A stretch of 64,000 bases of DNA from contig CAWFQB010000014.1 in NCBI GenBank assembly GCA_963817895.1, forward strand, positions 672,001 to 736,000. Direction: 5' to 3'. This document shows, piece after piece, positions 1-11,000 of this stretch (the stretch's first letter is position 1; every line of letters starts with the position of its first letter). A program made the position numbers and the translations under genes. This stretch comes from an uncultured Chthonomonadaceae bacterium. Lineage in GTDB: Bacteria; Armatimonadota; Chthonomonadetes; Chthonomonadales; Chthonomonadaceae. The notes beneath the pieces are model-generated. The model was not told the DNA's origin and did not search any database. It was given only the letters and a program-made list of their open reading frames with translations.

Positions 1-278
1 TCCACGCCCCCGATGAGTTCGCAGACAATATCCACATCCGGGTCGTCCAGAATTTCCCCGGCGTCCGTCGTCAGCAATTCGCGGTCAACCGTTACGGCGC
101 GTGGTTTATGAACGTCGCGCACGGCGATTTTCTTAATCTCGAACGGCAAGCCGATTTTTTGCTCGATGGCCCGCCGGTTGCGCTGCAATAAATCCACCGT
201 TCCCGACCCAACCACGCCCAACCCCAACACGCCAATAACAATTTTTTCTTTGTCCCCATCAGAACCGCGACCGCTCAT
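1..278 (-). CDS. hom: Homoserine dehydrogenase, N-terminal part (runs off window)
   Basis: Manual translation from ATG at 278: MSGRGSDGDKEKIVIGVLGLGVVGSGTVDLL...KIAVRD...ILDDPDVDIVCELIGG, the Rossmann N-terminus of homoserine dehydrogenase. Confidence 0.9.
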   Translation of the reverse strand, partial: MSGRGSDGDKEKIVIGVLGLGVVGSGTVDLLQRNRRAIEQKIGLPFEIKKIAVRDVHKPRAVTVDRELLTTDAGEILDDPDVDIVCELIGGV

Positions 279-290
279 GCAAAACCTCCA

Positions 291-396
291 GGTTAGGTTG
301 TTAGGTTGTTAGGTTGTTAGTTGTTAGGAATAACGGTTCTATATTATACGGTTCCCTTGAATACCAAATATCCTAACAACCTAACAACCTAACAAC
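291..396. repeat. Intergenic hairpin built from 8-nt tandem units (GTTGTTAG / CTAACAAC)
   Basis: ggttaggttgttaggttgttaggttgttag at 291-329 and its reverse complement tcctaacaacctaacaacctaacaac at 371-396. Confidence 0.85.
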
Positions 397-397
397 T

Positions 398-895
398 CTA
401 TTCCTTCCTTAAAACAATTAACGGCGCTCCGGCCTGTACCAGTTGGCCGTCTTTGGCGGGAATGGATGTTATCATGCCCGCATGTTCCGCCTTAAATTCG
501 GAAAAAACTTTCATGGCTTCGAGGACGCCGACAGTTTGGCCGATGCTCACGCGGTCGCCGACATTGACGAGCGGGGGCGCGCCGACTTTCTCCGCCCGAT
601 AGAATACGCCCACCATCGGCGATTCAAGTATCAGTTGGTCGGCAGGAGCAACCGCTTCGGTTTTCTTCGCGGGCGGCGCGGCGCGGCGCGGCGCTGAAGC
701 GGCGGGAGCAGGCGCAACACTGGGAACCATCGTACCGGGCGCGGCGAAGTGGACGCGGGGCGCTTTGGCGGGGCGTGGCCCGCGAATTCGGAGGAACCGG
801 CCCTCCTCCTCGTAAATAAACTCTTCCAGCCCCTGCGCATCCACGAGCGCGACAAGGCGGGCGATCTCCTCCAATTCAAAACCAAAAAGCGCCAT
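398..895 (-). CDS. accB: Acetyl-CoA carboxylase biotin carboxyl carrier protein
   Basis: SPMVGVFY, EAMK biotinylation motif, Ala/Pro-rich linker; start placed at ATG 895 (MALFGFELEE). Confidence 0.92.
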   Translation of the reverse strand: MALFGFELEEIARLVALVDAQGLEEFIYEEEGRFLRIRGPRPAKAPRVHFAAPGTMVPSVAPAPAASAPRRAAPPAKKTEAVAPADQLILESPMVGVFYRAEKVGAPPLVNVGDRVSIGQTVGVLEAMKVFSEFKAEHAGMITSIPAKDGQLVQAGAPLIVLRKE

Positions 896-1057
896 GCGGC
901 GTATCCTTCTCCGAACCTGTTTATAGTCGTGCTGAGAGTGAAAATCGTAGCCCGGAGTACGTAATTTGTCTGCCGGGCATGTTGAGGGAGTATACCTACC
1001 GTAAGGGGGGAGTGTCAAGTTATTACTCTTATTGCTGCGCCCAGGCCGGCAAGCCTT

Positions 1058-2155
1058 TCAGCCTGCCAGCGCATAATCCGCTTCTTTCACTCCTGTCGGC
1101 TCTTCGTAAATTCGGTCGCGCATGATGGCGAAGATAACTTCTATATCGGCGATGGTATTGGCGCGGACGATGGCTTCGCGCAGGCGGGGCGCGCCGGGGT
1201 AGCCTTTGACATAGTTCGGCAACTGCCCGCGCAAGTGCCGGACGGCGTTGTTTTCGCCCATCACGCTTGCAAGATCGGTAACGTGTTCCAGCGCCACTTG
1301 AACCCGTTCGTCATAGTCCGGGTGCGGCAATAATTCGCCTGTGCGCAGATAATGGGTAATGTCACGGACGGCCCACGGATTGCCGATTGCCGCGCGTCCG
1401 ATCATTACGCCATCGCAGCCGGTTTCGCGCAGCATCCGTTCCGCGTCGTGGGGCGTCCGCACATCGCCGTTACCGACAACGGGCTTGGTGAGAACGGACT
1501 TCATTTCGCGGATGAGGTTCCAGTCGGCTTCTCCCGTATGCCCCTGCACGGCAAAGCGGGCGTGAAGCGCGAACGCCTGCGCCCCCACCGCTTCCAATTT
1601 TTTCGCGAGGGACGCGGTTGCCAGATGCCCGTAGTTCCAGCCCGCCCGCGTTTTCACGGTAACGGGTACAGCAACCGCATTGGCAATCGCTTCCACCACG
1701 CGGCAGGCGGTCGCCTCGTCCTTCATCATGGCCGCTCCCCCGCCGGATTTGCACACTTTGGGAACCCAGCAGCCCATGTTGATATCAATAATGTCCGCGC
1801 CCTCGCCTACCGCCACTTTCGCCGCTTCCGCCATGACAAACGGATCGCTGCCGAACAGTTGCACGGCAATCGGACGCTGATCCTCGGTCACGTCGAACAT
1901 GGACAGGGTTTTCTTGCTCTTATATTGAATGGCGTTCGTGCTGATTAGTTCGGTGACAAGCAACCCTGGTCCACCGATACGCTTCACCAGCCGCCGGTAC
2001 GCGCCATTGGTCACATCCGCCATGGGGGCGAGGACAACGGCCGGGTTTACGCGGATCGGGCCAATGGTGTAACTTGGTGACTGGTGGTTGGTGGTTGGTG
2101 GTTTATACTCGTTCTCAGGTTGTTTGACCAATGTTTGCATGGAAAGGTTAGACAT
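1058..2155 (-). CDS. dusB: tRNA-dihydrouridine synthase DusB
   Basis: LAPMA, QLFGS, DINMGC, GNGDV, GVMIGRAAIGNPW motifs. Confidence 0.92.
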   Translation of the reverse strand: MSNLSMQTLVKQPENEYKPPTTNHQSPSYTIGPIRVNPAVVLAPMADVTNGAYRRLVKRIGGPGLLVTELISTNAIQYKSKKTLSMFDVTEDQRPIAVQLFGSDPFVMAEAAKVAVGEGADIIDINMGCWVPKVCKSGGGAAMMKDEATACRVVEAIANAVAVPVTVKTRAGWNYGHLATASLAKKLEAVGAQAFALHARFAVQGHTGEADWNLIREMKSVLTKPVVGNGDVRTPHDAERMLRETGCDGVMIGRAAIGNPWAVRDITHYLRTGELLPHPDYDERVQVALEHVTDLASVMGENNAVRHLRGQLPNYVKGYPGAPRLREAIVRANTIADIEVIFAIMRDRIYEEPTGVKEADYALAG

Positions 2156-2231
2156 ACTCCTATTGTACTACAGACCAACGTAGAGCGTAGTTTGTTGGCG
2201 AACAGCCAGATAATTTCAAACCAAGTCACTA

Positions 2232-4160
2232 TTACTCAATCGGTATCCACACCTGCATCGCGCCGGGTTCCCGATTCGCCCACGCATAATACGGAATGGC
2301 GGTAATCTGCACAGGTCGTACCGCGCTCGGATCAATGAAATGACGCGGCGCGTACAGGTATTGCCCCCGCTTCACGGCAATTCCGCCGCTGTAATACTCC
2401 ATTTTCTGTGCCATTGCCGAACCGCTCAAGGCCATGATGCCGCCGAGACAATCAGGCTTCATCGTGGCTTTCAAAGCCGTCTCATCGTCTTCCAGATACA
2501 CATTCCATACATCCACATCCGGGTTATCGGCCTGTTCTATGCAGTAGATAAGCGGCCCACGCTGTATTGCAACGCGCCCCCGGTTGTTCAGAACATGCGG
2601 GTGGCTTTGCAGGCGCGTCACGTCCATGGGCAGGCGCAGCGTAATGGTGGTTCCGGCTTCTCCAATCGGCAGTTCGGCGTAAGTTCCCGGCGCGGCAGCC
2701 ACACGTCGGGGCTGTCCATTGATTTCGATAACGGCGTCCATTTCATACGCGCGCAGGACATGCGCCCATTCGGGAATACGCAGGTACAGGAACTCCGCCA
2801 GCCCATTGGTTTCTTCAATCGTGATTTCTATCGCGCCATCCCATGGATAATTGGTACGCTGCTTCAAACGAACTACGCCGCCGTTCTCCGTATGTAGCGT
2901 TGCGGTTCCACTCGCGTACAGGTGAACCCAAATACTGGCGTTTTCTACGCTGTAGAAATAGCCGGGAAGGGAGGCGAGCAGGCGGGCGATGTTGGGCGGG
3001 CAGCAGGCGCAGCCGAACCACTCCTGCCGCCGATGGTTGCCGTTATCCGCAAGAGGGTTTTCATAAAAATAGCGCGTTCCGTCCAGTGACAGACCGGGCA
3101 GAACCGCGTTGTAAAGCGTATGCTCCATCAGGTCGGCGTATTTGGCCTGTCCTGTAATGTTGAGCATCCGCCAGTTCCACATCACACTGCCGATAGCCGC
3201 GCAGGTTTCCGCGTACGCGCGGTCGTTGGGCAGTTCGTAATCCTCGCCGAACGCTTCCCCATCGTGCCGCGAACCCGCCCCGCCCGTGACATACATGCGT
3301 TTAGTGGTGAAGTTGTTCCAAAGCGTTTCCAGCGCGTTGCGATATGCCCACGCATCCTGTTCCGCCGACACGTCCGCCGCGCCGCAGTTCAGGTACATCT
3401 GCCGCACGGCATGGCCCGTCATATCCTTCTGCTCGATGAACGGCGCGTGATCCTGAAAGTACCTGCCGTTTCCGAACAAGCCGGGTTTGCCGCCCCGCGC
3501 GTCTATCATAAACCGCGCCAGATGCAGATACCGCTCCTGTCCGGTTTCGCGGTACAGTTCCACGAGCGCCATTTCCGCCTCTTCATGCCCGCATGTTCCC
3601 AACCGTTTCGGTTCCGGCCCGAAAAGGCTGTCCAGTAAATCCGCGAAACGAATGGCGACATCGAGCAGCGTGGTTTTGCCCGTTGCCCGCTTGTGCGCAA
3701 TCGCCGCCTGTATCAGATGCCCCGCGCAGTAAATCTCGTGTTTGTCTTTCAGGTTCGTGAACCGCTCGGCCTCGCGCTCGAACATGAAGTAGGTATTCAG
3801 ATAGCCGTCCGACCCTTGCGCGTCCGCAATCTCCTGAATTACCGCGTCCAGATCGGCTTCCAATTTCGGATCAGGATGCGTGGCAAGCGACCACGACGCG
3901 GCTTCCGCCCACTTGTACACGTCCGAATCATCGAACGAATACAAGCCCTTAAACTCGCCGCCAATTTTGCCTGCCGCCCGCCGGAAATTGTCAATCCTTC
4001 CCGTCTCGTAACAATGCTTCAACTGCGCGGGTATCGTAACCTCGCGATTGGTATCCAGACGCGGCTTCCAAAAGCTGTCTTCCAGCCGTACCGCATCCAC
4101 GCCCACTGGCCGCAACCGGACATACGGACTGCGCGACAAATCTACCGGCCCCGTTGCCAT
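2232..4160 (-). CDS. GH127 beta-L-arabinofuranosidase family glycoside hydrolase
   Basis: DSDVYKWAEAAS, HEIYCAGHL, GHAVR, AETCAAIG, CACCPPN, IPYYAWANR motifs. Confidence 0.9.
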   Translation of the reverse strand: MATGPVDLSRSPYVRLRPVGVDAVRLEDSFWKPRLDTNREVTIPAQLKHCYETGRIDNFRRAAGKIGGEFKGLYSFDDSDVYKWAEAASWSLATHPDPKLEADLDAVIQEIADAQGSDGYLNTYFMFEREAERFTNLKDKHEIYCAGHLIQAAIAHKRATGKTTLLDVAIRFADLLDSLFGPEPKRLGTCGHEEAEMALVELYRETGQERYLHLARFMIDARGGKPGLFGNGRYFQDHAPFIEQKDMTGHAVRQMYLNCGAADVSAEQDAWAYRNALETLWNNFTTKRMYVTGGAGSRHDGEAFGEDYELPNDRAYAETCAAIGSVMWNWRMLNITGQAKYADLMEHTLYNAVLPGLSLDGTRYFYENPLADNGNHRRQEWFGCACCPPNIARLLASLPGYFYSVENASIWVHLYASGTATLHTENGGVVRLKQRTNYPWDGAIEITIEETNGLAEFLYLRIPEWAHVLRAYEMDAVIEINGQPRRVAAAPGTYAELPIGEAGTTITLRLPMDVTRLQSHPHVLNNRGRVAIQRGPLIYCIEQADNPDVDVWNVYLEDDETALKATMKPDCLGGIMALSGSAMAQKMEYYSGGIAVKRGQYLYAPRHFIDPSAVRPVQITAIPYYAWANREPGAMQVWIPIE

Positions 4161-4236
4161 AGCAACCTCCTTGCACAAGAGAATACAGAAGAAATAGACA
4201 GGATTAACAGGATTTTCAGGATTAACAAGATTATTT

Positions 4237-5661
4237 CAGTATCTTTGCACTTTTTGAAGAAGGGGTAGCGGACATGGCTTTCTTTGTGGAAAATGGAAAG
4301 TGCCAACCATCCATTCCCGAGGAAAACCATGCCCACTCCTATTATCTGCGCAAGTCAGGCACTTTGTCAATTCCTAGCCGCATTTCGTTGCGTGTTCAGC
4401 AAGCCTCAGTTCAAGTACCTCGAAACCGTACTGCTGGCGCTCATGCAAGTCGAAGGCCGACGCACACTCTCAGGAATGTTGCACAAAGTGCAATGCAGTG
4501 TCACTTTAGCCGGACTGTCGCGCTTCTTTGCCCGTGCGCCGTGGAGCGAAGCCGCTTTAGCAGAGCAGTGGCAAGCCCGTTTTCGGCAACAGCAGCAAGC
4601 AAGCGTTCAGTACGCGCATCAACACCAACGACAACAGCGCGGCAAAGCGCCCGGTCGTCCGAAGGCAACCCTGCTCACCGGTTACCTGATTATGGATGAC
4701 AGCACCCATGCCAAGCCGTATGCCAAAACGATGCGCGGTTTAGGGCGTCACCACAGCAGCACACACGGCAAGCGGGTGAGCGGGCATAGCCTGTTCCAAG
4801 CGTTGTATGTGCTTGTTGGCAGGCGTTGTCCCTTGCTGCCACGTATGTACCGGACCAAGAACGTGTGCCAAGCGCAAGAAACGCCGTTCGTGAGCAAGGT
4901 CGCGATGGCGGTTTCGTGTGTGCAAACCTTTGTCCCTGCCCCCGACACGCACACGCATGCGCTGGTAGATGCGTGGTACATGAACAAAGCGCTGTGGAAA
5001 GCGGCCAAGCAACGCGGCTTCGACCTCAGCGGCGGTCTAGCCTGCAACCGCAGTCTGCGCGTGACGGACGCGCAGGAAAACAAAGTCTGGCAAAAGCTGT
5101 CGGTTTACGCCGCATCTGTGACGGACGAGCAGTTCGAGAAGGTGGTCTGGCCTTCGGACACGGGCGGGCAGGTTCTCTGGGTGCATCGGCGGCGAACGCT
5201 GGTGCGCAAGTTAGGCGCGTGTCAAGTGCTGTGCGTGAAGCGTCACCTGGAGGATCCGCCGCACAAGACAACCTTCTACGTCAGCAGTCTGGTAGACGCG
5301 GACACCCCAACGCTTGTTGCCATTATCGCCGTCCGCTGGCACATCGAGACGTTCTTTGCCGATGTCAAGGAACTCTTCGGCACCGACCACTACCAGATGA
5401 TGAGCGATGTTGCCGTCGTGCGCTTCTGGACGCTTGCGTGTCTGGCCTACGTGTTTCTGGAAGAACAACGCGCCTCTCTACCGAAGCCGAGGGTTGAGAA
5501 CAGACAGCAAAGTGTCAGTATCGGACACATGAGACGCCAAATACAGGCACAACACCAGAACAATCTGCTGCAATGGGTATTCGACCACTACCAACAAGGA
5601 ACCACGCCAGAGCAGGTGCAGCTACTCTTGGCGGCCTGAACCCAAAAGTGCAAAGATACTG
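4237..5661 (+). mobile_element. IS701-family insertion sequence
   Basis: Terminal inverted repeats CAGTATCTTTGCACTTTT (4237) and AAAAGTGCAAAGATACTG (ends 5661) around a DDE transposase. Confidence 0.88.
4329..5639 (+). CDS. IS701-family DDE transposase
   Basis: LSRFF..APW, YLIMDDS, LVDAWY, RWHIETFFADVKELFG motifs. Confidence 0.88.
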   Translation: MPTPIICASQALCQFLAAFRCVFSKPQFKYLETVLLALMQVEGRRTLSGMLHKVQCSVTLAGLSRFFARAPWSEAALAEQWQARFRQQQQASVQYAHQHQRQQRGKAPGRPKATLLTGYLIMDDSTHAKPYAKTMRGLGRHHSSTHGKRVSGHSLFQALYVLVGRRCPLLPRMYRTKNVCQAQETPFVSKVAMAVSCVQTFVPAPDTHTHALVDAWYMNKALWKAAKQRGFDLSGGLACNRSLRVTDAQENKVWQKLSVYAASVTDEQFEKVVWPSDTGGQVLWVHRRRTLVRKLGACQVLCVKRHLEDPPHKTTFYVSSLVDADTPTLVAIIAVRWHIETFFADVKELFGTDHYQMMSDVAVVRFWTLACLAYVFLEEQRASLPKPRVENRQQSVSIGHMRRQIQAQHQNNLLQWVFDHYQQGTTPEQVQLLLAA

Positions 5662-5796
5662 CAGTATTTCAGGCGCACAGGGCATCTGTGCTGTATCGAG
5701 TATAAGCGCGTCTCAATAGCCGAACACATCCTGTTGTACCTACACTTCAAAAATCCTGTTTAATCCTGAAAATCCTGTTAATCCTGTCTATTATCC

Positions 5797-6435
5797 TCAT
5801 CGTTCTTTGCTTGCCGCGACCATTTCGAGGAAGTAGGCATGAACTTGCGGGTCGTCGGTCAGTTCGGGATGGAAGGCGGTGGCGAGAATATTGCCTTGCC
5901 GCGCGGCCACGATTTTGTCGCGGAAATGGCCTAAAATCTGCACATCCGGCGACGCTTCCACGATGTAGGGGGCGCGAATGAACACTCCGCGCACACTATT
6001 TTGGTTCTCGTTCGCGTCTGGTGCAGTGGAAACGTTATTTAGCGAGGTGAACGGAACGTCGGCCTCGAAGCTGTCAATCTGGCGTCCGAAGGCGTTGCGG
6101 GCGACGGTCACGTTCAGCGCGGCAAGGGTGGGCTGTTCCGGCCTGTCCTGAATGGTTTTCGCCAGCAGAATCATGCCGGCGCAGGTTCCATAAGCGGGCA
6201 TTCCCTTTTCGAGACGCGCTTGAATGGCGGTGTCAAGGCCGATACGCTGCATCAGTTTACCGATAGTCGTGCTTTCGCCGCCGGGCAAAACAAGCGCGTC
6301 GACTGCCTGCAAATCCTCTAAAGCGCGAACAAACCGGGTTGTTGCCCCAAGCTGTTCTTCAAGCATTTTGCGGTGCGCGTCATAATCGCCCTGAAGCGCT
6401 AGGATACCGATAATTTTGTTGTTACTTTCGTTCAT
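5797..6435 (-). CDS. pdxT: Pyridoxal 5'-phosphate synthase glutaminase subunit
   Basis: GILALQG, LPGGESTT, GTCAG, RNAFGRQ, FIRAP, FHPEL motifs. Confidence 0.95.
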   Translation of the reverse strand: MNESNNKIIGILALQGDYDAHRKMLEEQLGATTRFVRALEDLQAVDALVLPGGESTTIGKLMQRIGLDTAIQARLEKGMPAYGTCAGMILLAKTIQDRPEQPTLAALNVTVARNAFGRQIDSFEADVPFTSLNNVSTAPDANENQNSVRGVFIRAPYIVEASPDVQILGHFRDKIVAARQGNILATAFHPELTDDPQVHAYFLEMVAASKER

Positions 6436-6436
6436 A

Positions 6437-6823
6437 TCATAAAATCACATTTGGATTGTCAGGTTCGATGTTTCGCGATACCAGTTCAACACGATGCCCC
6501 TTCGGGTCTTCCACAACCGCCCGCCTGCCCCATTCCGAGTTCGCAGGTTTCGTTACAATCTTGACTCCAGCCATTGTCAGTTTGCTTACAAGTCCGTCAA
6601 CATCCTCGACTTGAAACCCCAGTCGGATGGATGCAGTACTGTCTGCTTCCTTCCGGCGCGGATAAATTTCAAATACGCAGCCGTTCAGTTCGGCAGAATA
6701 GTGTTCGGGGCCGGAACCATGCCGATGTTTCGTAAACGTCAGGCCTAACTGTCGGTAGAATTGCGCCGTGTTTTCAGTATCGCCACAACGAATGACGAGC
6801 AGTTTAAGCGCAGGTTCAGCCAT
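6437..6823 (-). CDS. VOC/glyoxalase family protein
   Basis: FY..LGL, HRHGSGPEHY, LGFQV, WGRRAVVEDPKGHRVEL. Confidence 0.8.
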   Translation of the reverse strand: MAEPALKLLVIRCGDTENTAQFYRQLGLTFTKHRHGSGPEHYSAELNGCVFEIYPRRKEADSTASIRLGFQVEDVDGLVSKLTMAGVKIVTKPANSEWGRRAVVEDPKGHRVELVSRNIEPDNPNVIL

Positions 6824-7142
6824 CTTGCTTTTGTCCATAAAGTACATTGAGATTGAGCAGATGATGACCAAAAACAGTCTTTGCGGCATTATCTGTCACT
6901 ACAACCAGAAATTGCTCGGCCACGCCGTAAGATAACATAACATGCGTGTATTTCTCATCAGCGCTAATGTACACGTAGGAGATGTCAATGGAATCAAGCG
7001 TCGCTGGCAATGAATGTTGCCGAATACAGGACACCACGTAGTCTTTGATATTGATTGCGCCGTCTTCATCCTCTCCCTGCAAACACATGGGTGAGATGAA
7101 CGCGCTCTGAAACTCAACAGCGTCAAGTTCCCGAATATTCAT
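6816..7142 (-). CDS. Hypothetical protein (108 aa)
   Basis: ORF with SD-like sequence whose stop overlaps the VOC gene start; no recognisable motif. Confidence 0.6.
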   Translation of the reverse strand: MNIRELDAVEFQSAFISPMCLQGEDEDGAINIKDYVVSCIRQHSLPATLDSIDISYVYISADEKYTHVMLSYGVAEQFLVVVTDNAAKTVFGHHLLNLNVLYGQKQDG

Positions 7143-7188
7143 CGAAGCCGTTCCTTTTTCCTCGTTCGCGCAAAACTGCCTTTACAAG

Positions 7189-8014
7189 TCAGGGCAAGCG
7201 GGTGCAGCGCAAGCCTTCCGCATACTGGACGCGCAGCAGTTTGCCGTCATTTTCCGCGCTGTGCTGAACGAAGCCTTCAATACGGCGTAGTTTCTCGCCG
7301 TAAAACTGGCTTTTGTGGATGGCAAGCAGTTCGCGCTTGATCGGCCATTGATTGGTAACATCTAAGGCGAAGTTGGGGGCAGCGGTCGAAAAGCGCAGCA
7401 GCCATGCCGCAATCCCGGCCTGACGCGCGGCGCGTTCCGCCGCTTCGCCCGCGTTGCGGTGGTCGCGGTGGCTAAAACGTGGGGGATATTCGGTATCGAA
7501 CGCGAGTACATAGTCGGGCTGTACGCGCTTCATAACGGCGGCGATACGTTCTACGACATCAAGATTGGCGAACAGGCGGCCATCCGGGTACGATAGGAAT
7601 TCCACCGACTGCGCGTTCCAGATTTTGGCGGCGTCGCGCTGCTCCTGCTGTCGGACGCGGCGGTTGCGCTGCCAATCCTCAAACGGATAATAGCCCTTGT
7701 CGCCGTCCGTGCAGACCACAAGGGTAATCTGCGCCCCTGCCGCTCCCAACCGCGTCAGCAAGCCGCCGATGTAAAATTCGGCGTCGTCCGGGTGCGCCGT
7801 GACCACGAGTATCTTCGCGCCAACGTGGAACAGTATTGGCGCTGTCCGGGTCGGTCCACGGGTTGTTTGTCGGTAGGGCGCGGGGAACAAAGTCGTACCG
7901 CTGCGGCTGGTACTCGTAAAGGCCAACGAGAACGCCGCTCAAAATCGCCAGCGTACCCAATCCACGCCGCAGCCAGCGGGATTTACGGGAACGCGGTTTA
8001 CGCTCAGTTGACAT
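7189..8014 (-). CDS. PIG-L family deacetylase with N-terminal membrane anchor (one apparent frameshift near 7830-7850)
   Basis: AHPDDAE, TDGDKG, YPDG, HRDHR motifs; N-terminus with TM helix in ORF 7679-8014. Confidence 0.8.
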
Positions 8015-11000
8015 AGATAAACTCGTTGGCGGCTAACAAAACCTGACACAGCGACTGCCACGTTTTTTCCTGCCGCTTGTTCGCGTCCGGCACTGCCGCC
8101 GCCAATGCCTGCCCATAGCGCGTCAAGAACGACGAGGCGTTGGCGATTTCGGCGGGAGTGGCAGAGCGCGAGTAGGCTTTGCGATAGGCGTAGTTGATCT
8201 TCTCCGTATCCGTTTTGCCCGCTTTCATCGTATCCTGCGCGAAAGCAAGCGCCTGTTCCTGCACAAACGGGCTGTTCATCACATATAACGCCTGCGGCGA
8301 AACGATTGTTGTGGAACGGCGGGCGTTCACCATCGAAGGATCGCCCATGTCGAACGCCTGAAACATGTCGAACAGGGCGTTGCGGATAATGGGCAGGTAG
8401 ATGCTCCGGCGCGGCGCGTTGTACTGCGCTGCGTTGCCGGACTGGTCATTGGTCACATAATCGTTGTTTCGGGTTCCGAGGAGGGAACCGCCCTGTTTCA
8501 AGTCCAGTTTGCCCGCCACGAACAGCAGGCTGTCGCGGAAGGGTTCGGCTTCCAGACGGCGGCGGGTGAAGTGCGAAAGGTATTTATTATCCGGGTCGGC
8601 AAGCGCGGCTTTCGAATCCGCCTGCGTACTCATCTGATACGCGCTCGACAGCATCATAAGACGGTGCATCTGCTTGATAGACCAGCCCTTTTCCACAAAG
8701 GTAGACGCCAGCCAGTCCAGCAGTTCGGGATGCGTGGGCTTTTCGCTCAACAGGCCGAAGTTTTCCGGGGTGCGAACGATACCCTGCCCGAAATGCTCCT
8801 GCCAGATGCGATTTACTTCTACGCGGCCTGTCAGGGGATTGTCAGGCCGGGTTATCCATTGCGCGAGTTCCAAGCGTCCGCTGTGTTTGTCATCCACAAT
8901 CTGCTTGTCGCCGTCGGCATACCACGCTCAGGAAGTGGCGCGGAACCTCGTCGCCCAATGTCTGCGTGTTGCCGCGCAGATGAACGCGGACGTTTTCGAT
9001 TTTACCCTCGTCCACAGCCAGCGCGAGGGGAACTTCGGTCATGGTCGCTTTCGCGGCGGCAACCGCCTGCTGCTTATCCTTGATTGCTTTCGCCACACTC
9101 GCCGGATAAAAGGCGTCGAACTTGCCGGGGGGCGACAGCAGGCCGTTCTTCGTGGTCAGCGTGGTATTCAGCGCGGACAGTGGTCCCTGCTTTCGCTTGC
9201 TGCGCGTTGGCAAATACTTCCTGATATTTGGCGGCAACCTGCTCCAGATTGGCGGGCGCGAACCCGGCGAACGCCTGCGCAATGGCAGGGTCGGCGTGGG
9301 CATCCGCCAGCTGTCGCGGCAACGAGGGGCGCGTTTTGGGCAAAGCGGTCGGCAGGCAGATGCGCGTACCGCGCAAAGGCTCCCATAACGGGATCATTCT
9401 GCGCCACTCGCAGACGGGACGACCAGAGTTGCACGAACGCGGGATTGAGATTTGCGGCGGCAGAAATCTGTTCTTTGGTGCGAACGGGTTTGCCGCTGCC
9501 GTCATTTCCGGCGTCCGCCGCAACGAGCATCAGTTTGTCAATGTGCGGAATGTCGCCATTATTTTCAATTCGGATCGTGTTCTTTCCGGCTTGCAGCGGA
9601 TACACGCCCTGCACTTCCCATTTCTGGCCGTCCGGGTTCCAGCTTCCCGTCACGCTCCCCGCCGCCTGCGCGTTAAGCACTTTGCCGTTCGCCAACAGTC
9701 GAATCGGACGCGACAGCATCGCCGCATAGCGCATTTCGATCTGATAATTGCCCGCTTTGGCAACGTTTATGTCCCATTCGGCAAACGTCGGAACGGTTAC
9801 GGTATGGATTACGCCGATACCCTTGCCGTAGTTATCGAAATCGCGGTTGGCGTTGCCCCGGTCGAACTTTTCCGCTTCCACGAACAGGCGCGTATCGCCC
9901 GCATGGGGAGGAAGTTCGGCAAGCGATTGCGTTCCCGGTTGCTGCGCCAGTTCCCAACCCGCCAGCAGGTATTTGGCGAGATTGCTGCGCTGTTCGGCAA
10001 TCAAATCCTGATTGGCCTTGCCGGTTTCGCGCTTCAATTCGTCTTCCAACTGCTTTACTTTGCGCTGTTGCTCTTCCGCCTGCGCTTTTTCCACTGCCGT
10101 CACGAGGGGACGCTCATAGCAGCGGGCAACGGTATTGAGCGTTTCCATCGTGCGCGTACTTTTGAAAGATTCCGGCAAGCGCGTAGTAATCTTTGGTGGG
10201 AATGGGATCGAACTTGTGGTCATGGCAGCGGGCGCAGGCGACGGTCAGGCCGAGAAACGCTTTGCTCGTCACTTCGATCTGCTCGTCTACAATGTCCATC
10301 ACCATTTTGGGCTTGTCGGGTTCGGCAAGCACTTTGGGGCCGAGGGAGAGGAAGCCGGTCGCCGTGAGATGCTCGTTGCGCTCCTCGTCCGTGCTGGCGG
10401 GCAGCAGGTCGCCGGCAAGCTGTTCGCGTACCAGTTGGTCGTAGGGCTTGTCTTTGTTGAAGGCGTTGATGATGTAGTCGCGGTAGCGGAAAGCGTTGCC
10501 GAACGCGGTATTCTCGTCCAGTCCGTTGCTGTCGGCGTAGCGGGCCACGTCCAGCCAGTGCCGCCCCCAGCGTTCGCCATACTGCGGCGACGCCAGCAGT
10601 TTATCCACTACGCGGGCAAAAGCGTCGGGAGATTTGTCGGCGATAAAAGCATCCACTTCGGCAGGGCGTCGGAGGCAGGCCAATCAGGTCGAAATAAGCG
10701 CGGCGAAGCAGGTCTTTTTTAGAAGCGGACGGGGCAGGCTTCAAGCCTTTGGCTTCCAGTCCCGCAAGAATAAATCGGTCAATGGGCGACTGACACCACG
10801 CGCTGTTTTTCACGGCAGGCAACGCGGGCTTTCCAAACGGCTTGAACGGCCACATGCTCTTATCCGCAGCGGAAACAATCTTCTCCGGCTTGCCACCGGA
10901 CACGGAGGCAGCGGGGGAGGGCACAACATGTTGTGTCCCTACGGGCCAGGGCGCGCCCATTTTCACCCATGCGGTCAGGGCGGCGATCTCTTCCGCGCGT

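Larger units (their letters stand above)
4193..5792. repeat. ACAGGATT-type tandem-unit inverted repeat whose two arms (4193-4232, 5750-5792) flank the IS701 element
   Basis: aatagacaggattaacaggattttcaggattaa is the reverse complement of ttaatcctgaaaatcctgttaatcctgtctatt. Confidence 0.85.

Noticed and set aside
291..396. Tandem arrays (also TTTTAGGG at 46866-46971) as CRISPR or telomeric repeats
   Set aside because: Units are 6-9 nt with no unique spacers, no cas genes are present, and they occur as internal inverted pairs.
8674..10367. Long antisense ORFs (also 16829-17833, 23616-24737, 38211-39317, 59519-60862)
   Set aside because: These are shadow frames of well-supported genes, expected in GC-rich DNA, and carry no motifs.
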